Part shown: positions 1 through 10,588 of the stretch, piece after piece | How the letters are laid out: each line of letters begins with the position of its first letter | Position numbering within the stretch: the stretch's first letter is position 1 | Assembly: GCA_963733055.1 (NCBI GenBank) | Contig: CAVTBR010000001.1 | Span: 608,001 to 672,000, forward strand | DNA length: 64,000 nt | Reading direction: 5' to 3' | Source of the DNA: Candidatus Bathyarchaeota archaeon | GTDB taxonomy: Archaea; Thermoproteota; Bathyarchaeia; 40CM-2-53-6 | The notes under the pieces: generated by a model | What the model saw: only the letters and a program-made list of their open reading frames with translations | Database searches by the model: none | What the model was told of the DNA's origin: nothing | Translations under genes and position numbers: made by a program

Positions 1-350
1 ACGCCATAGACCTCGGCATTCTCTTTGACGGTCAAATCACCATGGAACCCCACACCCAACTCCAAAACTGCCGCAACTCTTCCGTTGCATCTTGCCACAC
101 CTTTGTCGGGTCTCATAACACGGGCTAGCAGTTTTAACAAAGTACTTTTGCCGCTTCCATTCGGGCCGAACACTCCTAACGATTCGCCGTGGTTAAGGGT
201 GAACCGAATATTCTTTAGCGCCCATAATTCTTCGTAACTTTTGCCTTCGGAAGCAGTAAGCAATCCAGCTGCATGTTCAAGAATTGTCATTTTTCTCTCA
301 TGAGGGATCCGAAAGCGTTTCCAAACATCGTCAACCGCAATGACCGACAA
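1..350 (-). CDS. wzt: Polysaccharide ABC transporter ATP-binding subunit (Wzt/TagH-like), 3' end outside window
   Basis: Not in ORF track. Manual translation from TTG at 350 gives MSVIAVDDVWKRFRIPHE...LWALKNIRF...GVFGPNGSGKSTLLKLLA (Walker A)...LELGVGFHGDLTVKENA. Directly follows wzm. Confidence 0.92.
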   Translation of the reverse strand, partial: MSVIAVDDVWKRFRIPHERKMTILEHAAGLLTASEGKSYEELWALKNIRFTLNHGESLGVFGPNGSGKSTLLKLLARVMRPDKGVARCNGRVAAVLELGVGFHGDLTVKENAEVYG

Positions 351-351
351 T

Positions 352-1116
352 TCACAGTTCCTCCGCGAACGTAATCTGGAGATGCTGGAAAACAGCAAGG
401 CCGACTAAGAGAATGAGCCCGGTTGCCGAAAGAATTAGAAAGAGATCGTATCCACTCGGAAGCTGTTGTTGGAGAAACAACCCCCTCGTAGCCTCAATGA
501 GCCGTGTGATTGGGTTCAGTGAGTATAGAAATTTGTACCTAGACGGAACTGAACTTTCATCGTAGACGATTGGAGATAGAAAGAATCCGAGTTGTAATGC
601 GATATCCCATATCTGGCTTACGTCCCTGTACTTGAGATTCAGAGATGCCAGAAGTAGCGATATACCGAAGATGAGGGCGAATTCCATAAGCACTATCAGA
701 GGAAGGAAGAATGCGTGAATGTCTGGATGAACCCCGAGAAGGAAGAGAAGAGGAAGAAGCACGATGAACTCGATTGAGGATCCGAAAAGATTCGCCACGT
801 TACTCGACAAAACGATCAATATTCGGGGAAGGTATACGCTTGAAACTAAGGAAGGATTGCCCACAATACTGTAGAGGCTCTGCGAGGTTGAAACTTGAAA
901 AAACCTCCAAATCAAAAGTGCCATGAGAATGAACGAGGGAAAATTTGGAATATTAGAGCGTAAAAGCAGTGAAAAGACCACAGTCAAGATGACCATATAC
1001 GCCAGAGGATTAAGAAGCGACCAAAGGAAACCTAGAACAGAGTTTCTGTATCGAAGCTTGAAATCTTTCTTCGCTAACACGATTACGATGTCAAGGTAGC
1101 GCTGGAGTCCACTCAT
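352..1116 (-). CDS. wzm: ABC-2 type polysaccharide export permease (Wzm/TagG-like)
   Basis: DFKLRYRNSVLGFLWSLLNPL, RDVSQIW, FFLSPIVY and LNP motifs; about 6 hydrophobic segments. Confidence 0.93.
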   Translation of the reverse strand: MSGLQRYLDIVIVLAKKDFKLRYRNSVLGFLWSLLNPLAYMVILTVVFSLLLRSNIPNFPSFILMALLIWRFFQVSTSQSLYSIVGNPSLVSSVYLPRILIVLSSNVANLFGSSIEFIVLLPLLFLLGVHPDIHAFFLPLIVLMEFALIFGISLLLASLNLKYRDVSQIWDIALQLGFFLSPIVYDESSVPSRYKFLYSLNPITRLIEATRGLFLQQQLPSGYDLFLILSATGLILLVGLAVFQHLQITFAEEL

Positions 1117-1193
1117 TTCAAGTCGATCGATAGGAGAGAGAAAACGGTAAGATAACGATTACCTAACTATTTGGCTGTGGATAAGTTGAGGTT

Positions 1194-2276
1194 TCATCTC
1201 GCCAGAGACTGACTCTGTTCGAATAGGAGATCAAGCAACCTCCTAAGATGGATATGTTCCTGAGGTTGGTATCTTTTCAGCTCAGGGAACATCTGCAATA
1301 AGATTCCCTCTTCTGCTATCCATCTCGATCCTTGAGTATTCATCCGACTCTCGAGGGTGCTCCTAAGGTTACACAGATTCCATACAACACCCTTCACCAG
1401 GGCGGCGCTCTTACGTGGCTCCAATGGAACGAAACCTATAGTGAGCAGCAATGTGAAGAAAAAATAGTTCCGAAGAGCCCACCCAAGAGATGATCCACAG
1501 TTCTTGATTATTGCACGAAGCACGTTGCGGTGGGAGAGGTATAACTTCTCAGGGTCGAGGTCGCTTGTTTCTCTTGAGCCGGAAAAGTAATGCGCGACTT
1601 TTGCATTCGGTTCGTACGCAAGCTTGAAACCTCCCAATCGCAGTCTCCAAGAGAGATCAACATCTTCCACATAAGCAAAGAACTTTGAATCGAAGCCGCC
1701 TACGAGATCAAACCTGTTCTTCCGCACCAACATTGCCGCGCCGCAGACTGAAAAGGGAGTCATAGTCGGGTCATCGTATTGGCCGCGATCTCTTTCGTAT
1801 TTTCCTATGTCGACGAAACCTCGCCAGTATTTTATCCCCATTACCCCAACCGAATCAAGTATTCCGGGATCATTCATGGTCACAAGTTTGCAGCCGACAG
1901 CTGCTACATCCCAGTTCATTTCCAAACGCTGAATGAGGAGCTCGATCCAGTTTCGCGTCAGAATCAGCGTGTCGTTGTTTAGGAATAGAATGTATTCAGC
2001 ATCGACCTCTGCAACGGCGTGATTGTAGGCCTCGGCAAATCCCAGATTAGTTTGGAATGGTATCAATCGAACGGCTGGATATCTGATTCTCACAAAATCT
2101 TGTGACCCGTCTGTGCTTCCATTATCGATTACGTGGACAGTGAAGTTGGGATATGTTGATCGAATGACTGAGGGTAGGCATATTTTGAGCCAGTCGATTC
2201 CATTGAAATTTAGAATTAGAACAGCTACTGGCGGCATATGAGTCTCGGTTAATCGGGCTTTAGTAGTGTTGGCCAC
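1194..2276 (-). CDS. Glycosyltransferase family 2 (rhamnosyltransferase-like)
   Basis: ILNFNG, VIDNGSTDGS, NLGFAEAYN, FLNNDT, GGFDSKFFAYVEDVDLSWR. Confidence 0.9.
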   Translation of the reverse strand: MANTTKARLTETHMPPVAVLILNFNGIDWLKICLPSVIRSTYPNFTVHVIDNGSTDGSQDFVRIRYPAVRLIPFQTNLGFAEAYNHAVAEVDAEYILFLNNDTLILTRNWIELLIQRLEMNWDVAAVGCKLVTMNDPGILDSVGVMGIKYWRGFVDIGKYERDRGQYDDPTMTPFSVCGAAMLVRKNRFDLVGGFDSKFFAYVEDVDLSWRLRLGGFKLAYEPNAKVAHYFSGSRETSDLDPEKLYLSHRNVLRAIIKNCGSSLGWALRNYFFFTLLLTIGFVPLEPRKSAALVKGVVWNLCNLRSTLESRMNTQGSRWIAEEGILLQMFPELKRYQPQEHIHLRRLLDLLFEQSQSLAR

Positions 2277-2341
2277 TAGTTATCCCCCTACGTTTATTTG
2301 AACGGGCTCTTGGTTGGACAGCGATATCGGGTGTGAATAGT

Positions 2342-3316
2342 CTATTGGGAAATAGCCACTCGCTCTCTGATCCACCCTAGCGTCATGGCTAAACCTTGTT
2401 CCAGGTTAACTTTTGGCCGGCAACCAGTCGCCAGAATCTTCGACACGTCAGGCACTCTTCGTTGCACATCGTAAGTATAGTTTGGCAAATGTTTCACCTG
2501 GAACGGCTCCTTACGTCCACATAACTTCCAGATCCTTTGAGCCAGGTCTAGCACGGACGTTTCTACGCCATTTCCGACATTGAAATCTGTGTTCTCGTAC
2601 CTCTCGGTCGTGTAGACGATGGCTTCGGCGAGGTCGTCGACATAGGTATAGCTTCTAGTCTGTTGTCCGGACCCGAGGATTTCAAGTGGATATTGACCTG
2701 ACAATGTTTTCCGTATTAAGTCGGGGATTACGTGCGCGTACCCTACGTAATCTCCGGCCATTTCCCCCGGCCCATAGGCGTTGAAGGGGCGCACTATGAG
2801 GAAGTTAACCCCATATTGCTCATGGTAGGTTCGCGCTATGTATTCTGCGACGAGTTTGGAGAAACCGTAACCGCTCATAGGCGGCGGTGTCATCTCAAGC
2901 GCTGTCTCGGGGGTGGGGAAGACTGTGGCTCGTTCGAAGACCATCGATGATGACAAGCAGACGACCTTTGTCTCAGTGCCTCTCGCTGCATCCCAGATGT
3001 TGAAATTCATTATTGAGTTGTCACGGAGGCTTTCGGCCGGTGTCTTGTGGAAGTATCCGATTCCCCCAATCCTCGCGGCTAAGTGGAAACAAATCTCAAT
3101 ATTCCTCATCACCCTCCCAGCCTCATGCGTGTCGAGGAGGTTTGCTGTTGTGAATTCGATTCTGCTCGATACTTCCTCGAGGTTCTTGGTTGCGCCTTTT
3201 GATAGATCGTCCGCAACAACCACGACAGCACCGAGATTGACGAGTTTGCTTACGAGCCTGTGTCCAATGAAACCGGCTCCGCCAGTGACGAGCACTCGCT
3301 TGCCGGTCCAGTTCAT
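2342..3316 (-). CDS. NAD-dependent nucleotide-sugar epimerase/dehydratase (extended SDR)
   Basis: TGGAGFIG, YGFSK (YxxxK), RPFNAYGP, RSYTYVDD. Confidence 0.92.
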   Translation of the reverse strand: MNWTGKRVLVTGGAGFIGHRLVSKLVNLGAVVVVADDLSKGATKNLEEVSSRIEFTTANLLDTHEAGRVMRNIEICFHLAARIGGIGYFHKTPAESLRDNSIMNFNIWDAARGTETKVVCLSSSMVFERATVFPTPETALEMTPPPMSGYGFSKLVAEYIARTYHEQYGVNFLIVRPFNAYGPGEMAGDYVGYAHVIPDLIRKTLSGQYPLEILGSGQQTRSYTYVDDLAEAIVYTTERYENTDFNVGNGVETSVLDLAQRIWKLCGRKEPFQVKHLPNYTYDVQRRVPDVSKILATGCRPKVNLEQGLAMTLGWIRERVAISQ

Positions 3317-4593
3317 GCCTTTCCAAACCTCATGTATCGTGTCTGTTTGAAATCCGTGGGCTTATAGACTCCCCAAACGTCGTAGAATATCTTGCATCCC
3401 GATTCGTCTATTCTCCCGGCGATATTTCGGAATGCAGAATGGTTCGTTGCTAAGATTACCGCGTCCGGACTAGTCAGAGCTTTCTCAAGGTTTTCGGTGC
3501 CTTTCACATGCGGGTCATGAATTACTACCTCTGCTCCGTACGCCCTGAGTATATCGACAAGTTTCACGGATGGGGATAGACGCGTATCATCGCTGTCGGC
3601 TTTGAACGCGAGCCCAAGGACAGCGACTCGAACTTTGTAGAGCGGACCCAATTCCCGCATTAAGGATTGAACAACGTGCTGCGGAACACCTTCATTCAGC
3701 TTCCAAGCCGTAGAGATAATGCTGCTAAAGGTTGTATTGTTGTCAAGTAGAAAACCGTCCTTTCCGAGGCAAGGTCCTCCTGCAAACCCCGGCCCTGGAA
3801 TCTTCGATCGCTCATAACCGTCGTTAGCAACTCTCACTATTTCATGTGCGTCCTCCCCATATCTTTCAGACCATATGGCAAACTCGTTTGCAATAGCGAA
3901 ATTGACGTATCGGTAAATGTTGGTGAATAATTTAGCGAGTTCCGCGCCGGTTGGAGTAGTTGAGACAATTTTCTTCTTTGGATTGATTTTTCTAAATAGT
4001 TCGGATGCTATATCTGCACTAGCGGCGTCTGCTGCTCCGATGATTTCGGGCAGTTCGTAGAGTTCTCGGTGTGCGTTTCCTTCAAGGATTCTTTCGGGGC
4101 AAACGGCGAGCGCGAAATCTTTTCCAATTTGCAGCTTGGTCTCTTTCGCAAGCATTGGGCGAACGATGGTCTCCATTGTTCCTGGGACGCCAGTTGACCG
4201 GAGTAGTATGGCTTTGTTTCGTAGATCTGCCGCCAATACTTCATGAATTGCCATTTGGAGCTGAGTGTAATCGAGTTGATACTGCTCCCCGGTTGGAGTC
4301 CCAACAGTCAGAATTACCACGTCGGACTTCTGAATTGCCTCCTTGGCTGAACCTGAGACGGTTAACATTCCGCCGTCCACGACGCTTCTAAGCCAATCCT
4401 GAAGTGCTGGATAATGAAAGGGCATTTCCCCTTTCCTGATAGAGGACAGCCTCTGCTGATCAATGTCTACCCCTATGATTTTGATGCCCGATCGAGCTAA
4501 GACAATAGCTAGAGGTAGCCCCACTCTACCTAAACCGAGAACACTCGCTACCGCCGTCCCGTTACGTATCTTACTTGGAATATCGGTAAGCAT
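3313..4593 (-). CDS. Nucleotide-sugar (UDP-HexNAc/ManNAc-type) 6-dehydrogenase, WecC/WbpA-like
   Basis: GLGRVGLP, VGTP, LRST, CPERILEG, AELAKLFTNIYR, GPGFAGGPCLGKD, LGLAFKADSDDTRLSP. Confidence 0.9.
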   Translation of the reverse strand: MLTDIPSKIRNGTAVASVLGLGRVGLPLAIVLARSGIKIIGVDIDQQRLSSIRKGEMPFHYPALQDWLRSVVDGGMLTVSGSAKEAIQKSDVVILTVGTPTGEQYQLDYTQLQMAIHEVLAADLRNKAILLRSTGVPGTMETIVRPMLAKETKLQIGKDFALAVCPERILEGNAHRELYELPEIIGAADAASADIASELFRKINPKKKIVSTTPTGAELAKLFTNIYRYVNFAIANEFAIWSERYGEDAHEIVRVANDGYERSKIPGPGFAGGPCLGKDGFLLDNNTTFSSIISTAWKLNEGVPQHVVQSLMRELGPLYKVRVAVLGLAFKADSDDTRLSPSVKLVDILRAYGAEVVIHDPHVKGTENLEKALTSPDAVILATNHSAFRNIAGRIDESGCKIFYDVWGVYKPTDFKQTRYMRFGKA

Positions 4594-4690
4594 CCTTGCT
4601 AGCCTAACCCTTGATTCGAATTAGACCATATTCGCAATATAACCAATTTCTAATACTCGCTTCGAATCACAGAGGACGGACCTGGGGAGT

Positions 4691-5431
4691 TTGTTCGAAT
4701 CAGAAGCAGAAGGCCGCGGTAAACCTTTCCTCTCCGTAGTGGTACCGGCCTACAGAGAAGAAGAGTACGTAGAACAAACTCTGCGCGGAATCAAACATGC
4801 ATGCGATGATGCGAATATCTCAGCGGAAATCATCGTCGTCGTAGATGTGGTGCCAGGCGACAACACGGGGGAGTATGTCCGCCGGATCTCGGAGGGCCAT
4901 CCCGAAATCCGCGTTCACGAACGCTTGGGAAAGAGAGGAGTTGGCGACGCGGTTAGGACGGGAATTGAGATGGCTAGAGGAGAGGTACTCGTTGTTGCGA
5001 TGGGGGATCAAAGCGAGGACCCTGACGAGATCGTCACATTAGCCAAGAGTTGCATTGACTACGATATTGTCTTCACAAACAGGTTCAAGCACGGAAGACC
5101 ACATGATTATCCGTTCATCAAGTATGCGGCAAATCGTGCTTGCAATTATGCTGTGAAATGGTTTGCTGGAATTCCATACACAGATACCACAAACGCCTTC
5201 AAAGCATACAAACTTGAAACCCTAAAACGCATTCGGTTGACTTCCGAAGGATTCGAAATATTCCTCGAAATCCCCCTAAAAATCATGCAATGTCACGAGA
5301 TTAGAAGCCGAGAAATCGAAGCAAGCCATGCCGTGAGAAAAAAGAAGGCCGCAAAGCTCTCGGTTACAAAGGATGGCTACCGCTACCTACGCGTTCTCCT
5401 AACTTTGATTCGATCTCCCACGGAAAGTTGA
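4691..5431 (+). CDS. GT2, dolichol-phosphate-sugar synthase-like (DPM1/ArnC type)
   Basis: SVVVPAYREE, RGVGDAVRTG, MGDQSEDP, TDTTNAFKAY. Confidence 0.85.
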   Translation: MFESEAEGRGKPFLSVVVPAYREEEYVEQTLRGIKHACDDANISAEIIVVVDVVPGDNTGEYVRRISEGHPEIRVHERLGKRGVGDAVRTGIEMARGEVLVVAMGDQSEDPDEIVTLAKSCIDYDIVFTNRFKHGRPHDYPFIKYAANRACNYAVKWFAGIPYTDTTNAFKAYKLETLKRIRLTSEGFEIFLEIPLKIMQCHEIRSREIEASHAVRKKKAAKLSVTKDGYRYLRVLLTLIRSPTES

Positions 5432-5580
5432 ATGGAGCAACGAAATCGCAGCCAACAATGTCAAACAAGATTAGTGCGAGAGGATCCCTATGCTGACAAA
5501 TTCTTCAAAGAGAGGTTTTTGGGAGCCTCGTCTAGTGATTATATACCCTGATTCTTGGTTATAGCAGTACGTGTTTTCTA

Positions 5581-6279
5581 GTGTCAGAAATGGTCAAAAC
5601 CGCAGTCATTCTTGCCGGTGGCGCATCTTTGCGATTAAGACCCTTGACAGAGGACAGGCCCAAAGCCATGCTTATTGTGTCTGGCAAACCGCTTTTGCAA
5701 TGGATCTTAGAATGGCTGAAACAGAATGGAATTTCCAATATTGTAATTGGAGTAGCTTACAAAAAGGATAAGATTATCGATTATTTCGGCAACGGCGAGA
5801 AATTCGGAGTCAAGATCAATTACAGCCATCACACGGTCGAGGGCGGCACAAGTGAAGGCTTTCGGCTTGCAATACAGAGACATATAACAGACGACACTTT
5901 CGCGGCTATGAACGGCGATGAACTAGTCGACATTAAGTTTCCCGAACTTGTGAAATTTCATCAAGAAAAAGGCGGCGTGGCAACCATTGCGATTGGCCCG
6001 CTACGAAGTCCTTACGGCGTTGTAGAGATTCAGGGCGATGACGTCACAGGTTTTCAGGAGAAACCGATCATCTATTCACATTATGTCAGCATCGGAACAT
6101 ACGTCTTTTCGCATGAAATTCTCGATTATCTTCCTAAGAAAGGAGACGTCGAACGCACATGTTTTCCAAAACTCGCCTCTCAGCACAAACTGAAAGCGTA
6201 CATTCACAGAGGCTTCTGGGCAACCATTAATACGCTGAAAGATCTCGAAGAAGTCGAGAACCAACTCGCACGAAGATGA
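5581..6279 (+). CDS. Sugar-1-phosphate nucleotidyltransferase
   Basis: AVILAGGASLRLRPLTEDRPKAM, MNGD, FQEKP, GFWATINT. Confidence 0.9.
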   Translation: MSEMVKTAVILAGGASLRLRPLTEDRPKAMLIVSGKPLLQWILEWLKQNGISNIVIGVAYKKDKIIDYFGNGEKFGVKINYSHHTVEGGTSEGFRLAIQRHITDDTFAAMNGDELVDIKFPELVKFHQEKGGVATIAIGPLRSPYGVVEIQGDDVTGFQEKPIIYSHYVSIGTYVFSHEILDYLPKKGDVERTCFPKLASQHKLKAYIHRGFWATINTLKDLEEVENQLARR

Positions 6280-6282
6280 ATC

Positions 6283-7239
6283 ATGTCAGTACTGATTACG
6301 GGTATTACAGGCTTTATCGGGTCAAACCTGGCGCCCAAACTGGTTCAGGAAGGATACTCCGTCTATGGACTTGTGCGTCATGTGTCTCGATCCGAGCTAC
6401 GTTCACTAGCATCATCGATGGATGAGATTCATTTCGTAGAAGGTGATCTTGCGGAATACCATTCTGTTCGAGCAGCAGTATCCTCGGTCCGACCCGAAGC
6501 CGTAATCCACCTCGGCGCAATGAGCCCAGTTCGACACAGCTTCGAGGATCCCTTTCCCTACGCAAGAATCAACTTTGAGGGAACGATGAACGTTGCACAC
6601 GCAGTGCTCGAAACCTCTCCCCGAACAAGAATAATCAGTGCGTCAACTGCAGAGGTTTATGGATGGCAACCGCCAAAGCCGATCCAAGAAGATTCAACAC
6701 TCCATCCCTCCTCGCCTTATGCGGTTTCGAAGGTCGCAGCGGATACATACTTGCAGATGACCACAAAAGTCTACGGACTCAAAGCAACCGTCATGCGATG
6801 CAACAACACCTACGGTCGACGGGGAGAGAAGGGATTTCTTGTAGAATATTTAATTGACACAATGCTCTCCAAGAAAACAGTCTATATCGGCGCGCCGGAA
6901 CATATTCGCGACTATATGTACGTTGATGACCACGTGAACGCATATGTTGAAGCGCTTAAGAACACGAAAGCCAATGGTCAAGTGTTCAACGTATCACCCG
7001 GTAATGCTACTAGCAATCTTGAACTTGCGAAAATGATTTCGAAGATTGTCGGATATCACGGGGAGATCGTAAATGGAAGCTACCCGCCCGGTTACCCCAT
7101 GCGCCCTTCCAACTGGGATACGAAGTATATTGTGCTAGATAGCGGAAGAATCAGGGAACAGATTGGCTGGACGCCCCAAGTTACACTAGAAATGGGTCTG
7201 CAGAAGACGGTTAACAGTTGGAAGAGCTCACCTCCTTGA
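6283..7239 (+). CDS. NDP-sugar 4,6-dehydratase / epimerase (GDP-mannose dehydratase-like SDR)
   Basis: ITGITGFIG, ASTAEVYG, PSSPYAVSK, RDYMYVDD. Confidence 0.88.
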   Translation: MSVLITGITGFIGSNLAPKLVQEGYSVYGLVRHVSRSELRSLASSMDEIHFVEGDLAEYHSVRAAVSSVRPEAVIHLGAMSPVRHSFEDPFPYARINFEGTMNVAHAVLETSPRTRIISASTAEVYGWQPPKPIQEDSTLHPSSPYAVSKVAADTYLQMTTKVYGLKATVMRCNNTYGRRGEKGFLVEYLIDTMLSKKTVYIGAPEHIRDYMYVDDHVNAYVEALKNTKANGQVFNVSPGNATSNLELAKMISKIVGYHGEIVNGSYPPGYPMRPSNWDTKYIVLDSGRIREQIGWTPQVTLEMGLQKTVNSWKSSPP

Positions 7240-7386
7240 AATACGTTGGAGCAGGGCTCCTGAAGGTGCAGCCAGCTCTTCGGTCCAATGCCTTGGATCA
7301 AAGCGATAAGAATACTGTTATCCTAAAAATCGGCAACCGACGATAGCTTCGAATGGATATGAAATCTGAAAGAACCTATCGCCTGA

Positions 7387-10300
7387 TTATGCGTTCTTAA
7401 TCTCTGACTTTACATGCTCAGGGCGCCGCAATAATGCGGTCTCTGTTTTACTCAATTCGGGCTTGTGTATTAGTAGTTCGTATATCTGACCGAGTTCATC
7501 TGCTTGTTGCTGTTGCGTCCTTGTCTTTACGCTGAGTGCAATCTTCTTCTTCGCAGCGTAATCTTGTTCGTCATCCATTATACGGTAAATCAAATTCAAG
7601 ATCTCCTCGGATTGGTAAGGATACGTCCAACCAGCTCCTTCTGAGCGAACGCGTTCTCCTAACGCAACGAGATCAGGAACAACTGCCGGGACCCCAGCTT
7701 GCCAACTCTCGCTCAATACAAACGAAAAAGTCTCGGGTTGCACCGAGGGAATTAAGACCAAGTCAATTTTGTTCTTGACGAGTTCCTCTGGTAGTGAAGC
7801 GTAGTCTGTATGATTGATGATTTTGCTTACTGAGCTGATCTTTCTCTCAAGGATGTAGAACTCTAGGTCCGCAAATCCCATATTACCGAACAAATGCCAC
7901 TCAATCGATTCTCGTGAGTTATCTCTAATCAAATCTAACAATATTTCTCGACCCTTGAAAGTGGATCTAATTGAGCCTGGTATACCGATTCGAAATAAAC
8001 CTGAACCATACTTGTGCATCTCAGGCGCTTTCATTTCCACGGGGGGAACACCGAGGGGCATTATGCGTGTTTTTTCTTTGGAAATTTTATAGATCTTCAA
8101 GTAATACGACATGGCGGAGTTTGTCGCGCACGTTATTATGTCGACTTTAGATAGAATCTGGGCGCACCGTGTTCGCCACCGAGCTTGGAACTCTCGTGGG
8201 AAATCGAATTGCTTTTTGAGACAATTGTCGCATCTCTGTAGATCTTCGCAAGCGTAACAGAAAGTAATCCCATTCTCCAGTAGCATGTATTGAGGGCAAA
8301 TCAAATAGAAGTCATTCAGGGTCAAGAGGACCGGTATACCACTGGCTTTGGCGATGAGTGGGAATGACAGTGGAAAATTGCGCAAGTGTTGTATGTGTAC
8401 TAAGTCGATTTTGAATTTCTCACAAATCTGCTCAAAAATCTGCTCATCTTGAGTGCTGTCTAACTTGTCCGTCGTATCTGGGCAAACTCTTGGGAACTCG
8501 TATCTTGAAGTTGTCACGGGCGAGTATTCTAAGAGTACTATGCGATCACGCTCAGGATAAATCAAGTAGAATATGTATGAGTCGCTTAGCTGCTCGATCA
8601 TTCCGTAAGCGTGTTTCTCTGTGCCCCCCGGATATCCTCGTCCGTTGTGCAACGTCACGAGGATTTTTCGTCGAGTATTATAATAGTGTCGAAGCAGGGC
8701 GCTATTGATTTTGCTTCGTATGTCCCTGATCGGGTCCTCGGATACGAATCCTCGAACAATGTCGGAGAATTCAGGATGCCTGTCCTCCACGATTTTCTGA
8801 TGCGCCTCTTGGAGGTCTTTTGTCCCCTCACGGAAACTTGCCGATCCTTTATGATAGACGAATGTTGCATCGTCGAGTACCGCTATGTATCCGCGCGCAA
8901 GAGCTCGCATACAGAAGTCATTTTCTTCCTCGTATCCTGGGGAGAAGCATTCGTCAAAAAACCCAACTTTCCGTATCACGCTTCTTTTTATGTACATGCA
9001 GAATCCAGGGCTAGTAGGGAGTGGAGGATACTCGCAGGTGGACACCACCTCCACTAGTTCTCCAAGAGAGTCTACGGTGAAATCTGGCGGCACCGGATTG
9101 TTCTCGAAAACTTTGGGAATTGAACAGACCGTTGCATTGTTCGTGAATGGTGACACCGTTCCTATATTTTCGTTTGTATACGCACACTTACGTAGTTTCG
9201 ATAACCAATTCTTGGTAACGATGGTGTCGCTGTTCAATAGCACGATGTCATTGGTGGTTAACGCCATGCCTTTGTTTGCAGACCGGACAAAACCGAGGAT
9301 CGTGGGGTTTCTGATAACCGTAGCCTTTCCTAACTGTTCAATCTCATGCAAATACTCCAGCAAACGTGCGTCTCGACTCTGATCGTCGATTATGATGAGG
9401 CGATAGTTTACGGTGTTCCTGAAGATACTCTCGCAGCACTCCGTGACTTCTTCATAAGCATCGTGAACGGGCACTATCAAGTCCACTTGACCTTTCGGCG
9501 GTTGAAGACCTACGCTGTGAGAGCGGATTGAATTGGTTCGTTTTCTCCACGCAGCGTAACGTAAGCGACTCGACGCTGCCTCGTCATGAGGTTCGGCTGT
9601 TCGAAATAGTGTAGAGGTCAGTTTCTCGAGGAGCTTTCTCCTTCTTGAATCGAGTGGAAAGTGGTCTTGAATCACCTTTCGATAGCGTTGGATCGCTCTC
9701 CATCCAGGACTTCCTAATATCGAGTACAGATCTGTGGTCAACTTCGCTATCTGTTCGTTTTTAGAGTCTAGGACAATAGCGAGTTGGGTTAACTCGTTTC
9801 TCATCAATGATTTCGATTCAGGTGCAGGTTTCTCTCTCAGACGGTCGCGCATGTCTATGAGCGCTTCTTGCATACGGTTAACTCGGTAATGCCATGCGTC
9901 AGGCGCGATTGTTGTCTTCGAGCGTACATCCTTGGGGTCGCTTGACGAAGTTTTCCCTTTGACGATTATGGCAAGACCGTTGCAGTTCTTGTGCTCTATG
10001 TAATCGGAGGACTTGTGCGCGTCCAAGAATTCCCAGATTGCTTTGTTCTGCTCAGGATAGGAGACGGTGTCATGCAAGGCGATGAAGCCGCCGTCCACAA
10101 CTTTATCCCCCCATGCCTCGAGTTCCTTCCTAGTCTGCTCGTACGAGTGACTTGTGTCGATCATCAATACGTCGATCTCGTCGTTGTACTCGCGAGCAAA
10201 CTCAAGGTCGTCTTTAACGGCAAGTGTCCAGTACTGGCCCAAACCGAGCCTCTGCGTGATTAGAGCAGAAGTTTCTGCCAAGTAATCTAGAGTTGGTCCT

Positions 10301-10551
10301 TCACGTGGGTATTCGGCTCCCCTCCCGTGATCAACGCTGGTGACATGCCCTTCCGTCTCAGCGGCGCCAATGACGAGCGCGCAAGTCGAGTTACCTCCTC
10401 TCGTGCCCAACTCAACGATTTTCTGAGCGTTGGTCTCGGCCACCAAGCTGTACAGAAGCTCTAAGTGCTCGTTGATGTCGCTCGGAGTCTGTGCCTTTCC
10501 GCGTAGGTACGAGAGAAGCTCATTACGACTTTTCATCTGTTCCCCGCACAC
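7387..10551 (-). CDS. Multidomain protein: class I methyltransferase (Methyltransf_24-like) + coiled coil + GT2 + GT4 (WsaE/WbdD-like capping/polymerising enzyme)
   Basis: IVELGTRGGNST...IDTSHSYE...GGFIALHD; helical linker ending ILGSPGWRAIQRYR; GT2 IIDDQSRD, LLNSDT, GYEEENDFC; GT4 GGTEKH, HIQHL, PETFSFVLSE. Confidence 0.88.
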   Translation of the reverse strand: MCGEQMKSRNELLSYLRGKAQTPSDINEHLELLYSLVAETNAQKIVELGTRGGNSTCALVIGAAETEGHVTSVDHGRGAEYPREGPTLDYLAETSALITQRLGLGQYWTLAVKDDLEFAREYNDEIDVLMIDTSHSYEQTRKELEAWGDKVVDGGFIALHDTVSYPEQNKAIWEFLDAHKSSDYIEHKNCNGLAIIVKGKTSSSDPKDVRSKTTIAPDAWHYRVNRMQEALIDMRDRLREKPAPESKSLMRNELTQLAIVLDSKNEQIAKLTTDLYSILGSPGWRAIQRYRKVIQDHFPLDSRRRKLLEKLTSTLFRTAEPHDEAASSRLRYAAWRKRTNSIRSHSVGLQPPKGQVDLIVPVHDAYEEVTECCESIFRNTVNYRLIIIDDQSRDARLLEYLHEIEQLGKATVIRNPTILGFVRSANKGMALTTNDIVLLNSDTIVTKNWLSKLRKCAYTNENIGTVSPFTNNATVCSIPKVFENNPVPPDFTVDSLGELVEVVSTCEYPPLPTSPGFCMYIKRSVIRKVGFFDECFSPGYEEENDFCMRALARGYIAVLDDATFVYHKGSASFREGTKDLQEAHQKIVEDRHPEFSDIVRGFVSEDPIRDIRSKINSALLRHYYNTRRKILVTLHNGRGYPGGTEKHAYGMIEQLSDSYIFYLIYPERDRIVLLEYSPVTTSRYEFPRVCPDTTDKLDSTQDEQIFEQICEKFKIDLVHIQHLRNFPLSFPLIAKASGIPVLLTLNDFYLICPQYMLLENGITFCYACEDLQRCDNCLKKQFDFPREFQARWRTRCAQILSKVDIITCATNSAMSYYLKIYKISKEKTRIMPLGVPPVEMKAPEMHKYGSGLFRIGIPGSIRSTFKGREILLDLIRDNSRESIEWHLFGNMGFADLEFYILERKISSVSKIINHTDYASLPEELVKNKIDLVLIPSVQPETFSFVLSESWQAGVPAVVPDLVALGERVRSEGAGWTYPYQSEEILNLIYRIMDDEQDYAAKKKIALSVKTRTQQQQADELGQIYELLIHKPELSKTETALLRRPEHVKSEIKNA

Positions 10552-10588
10552 AACTCTCGAATGAATTGAAAATTATCACGGACTCGAA

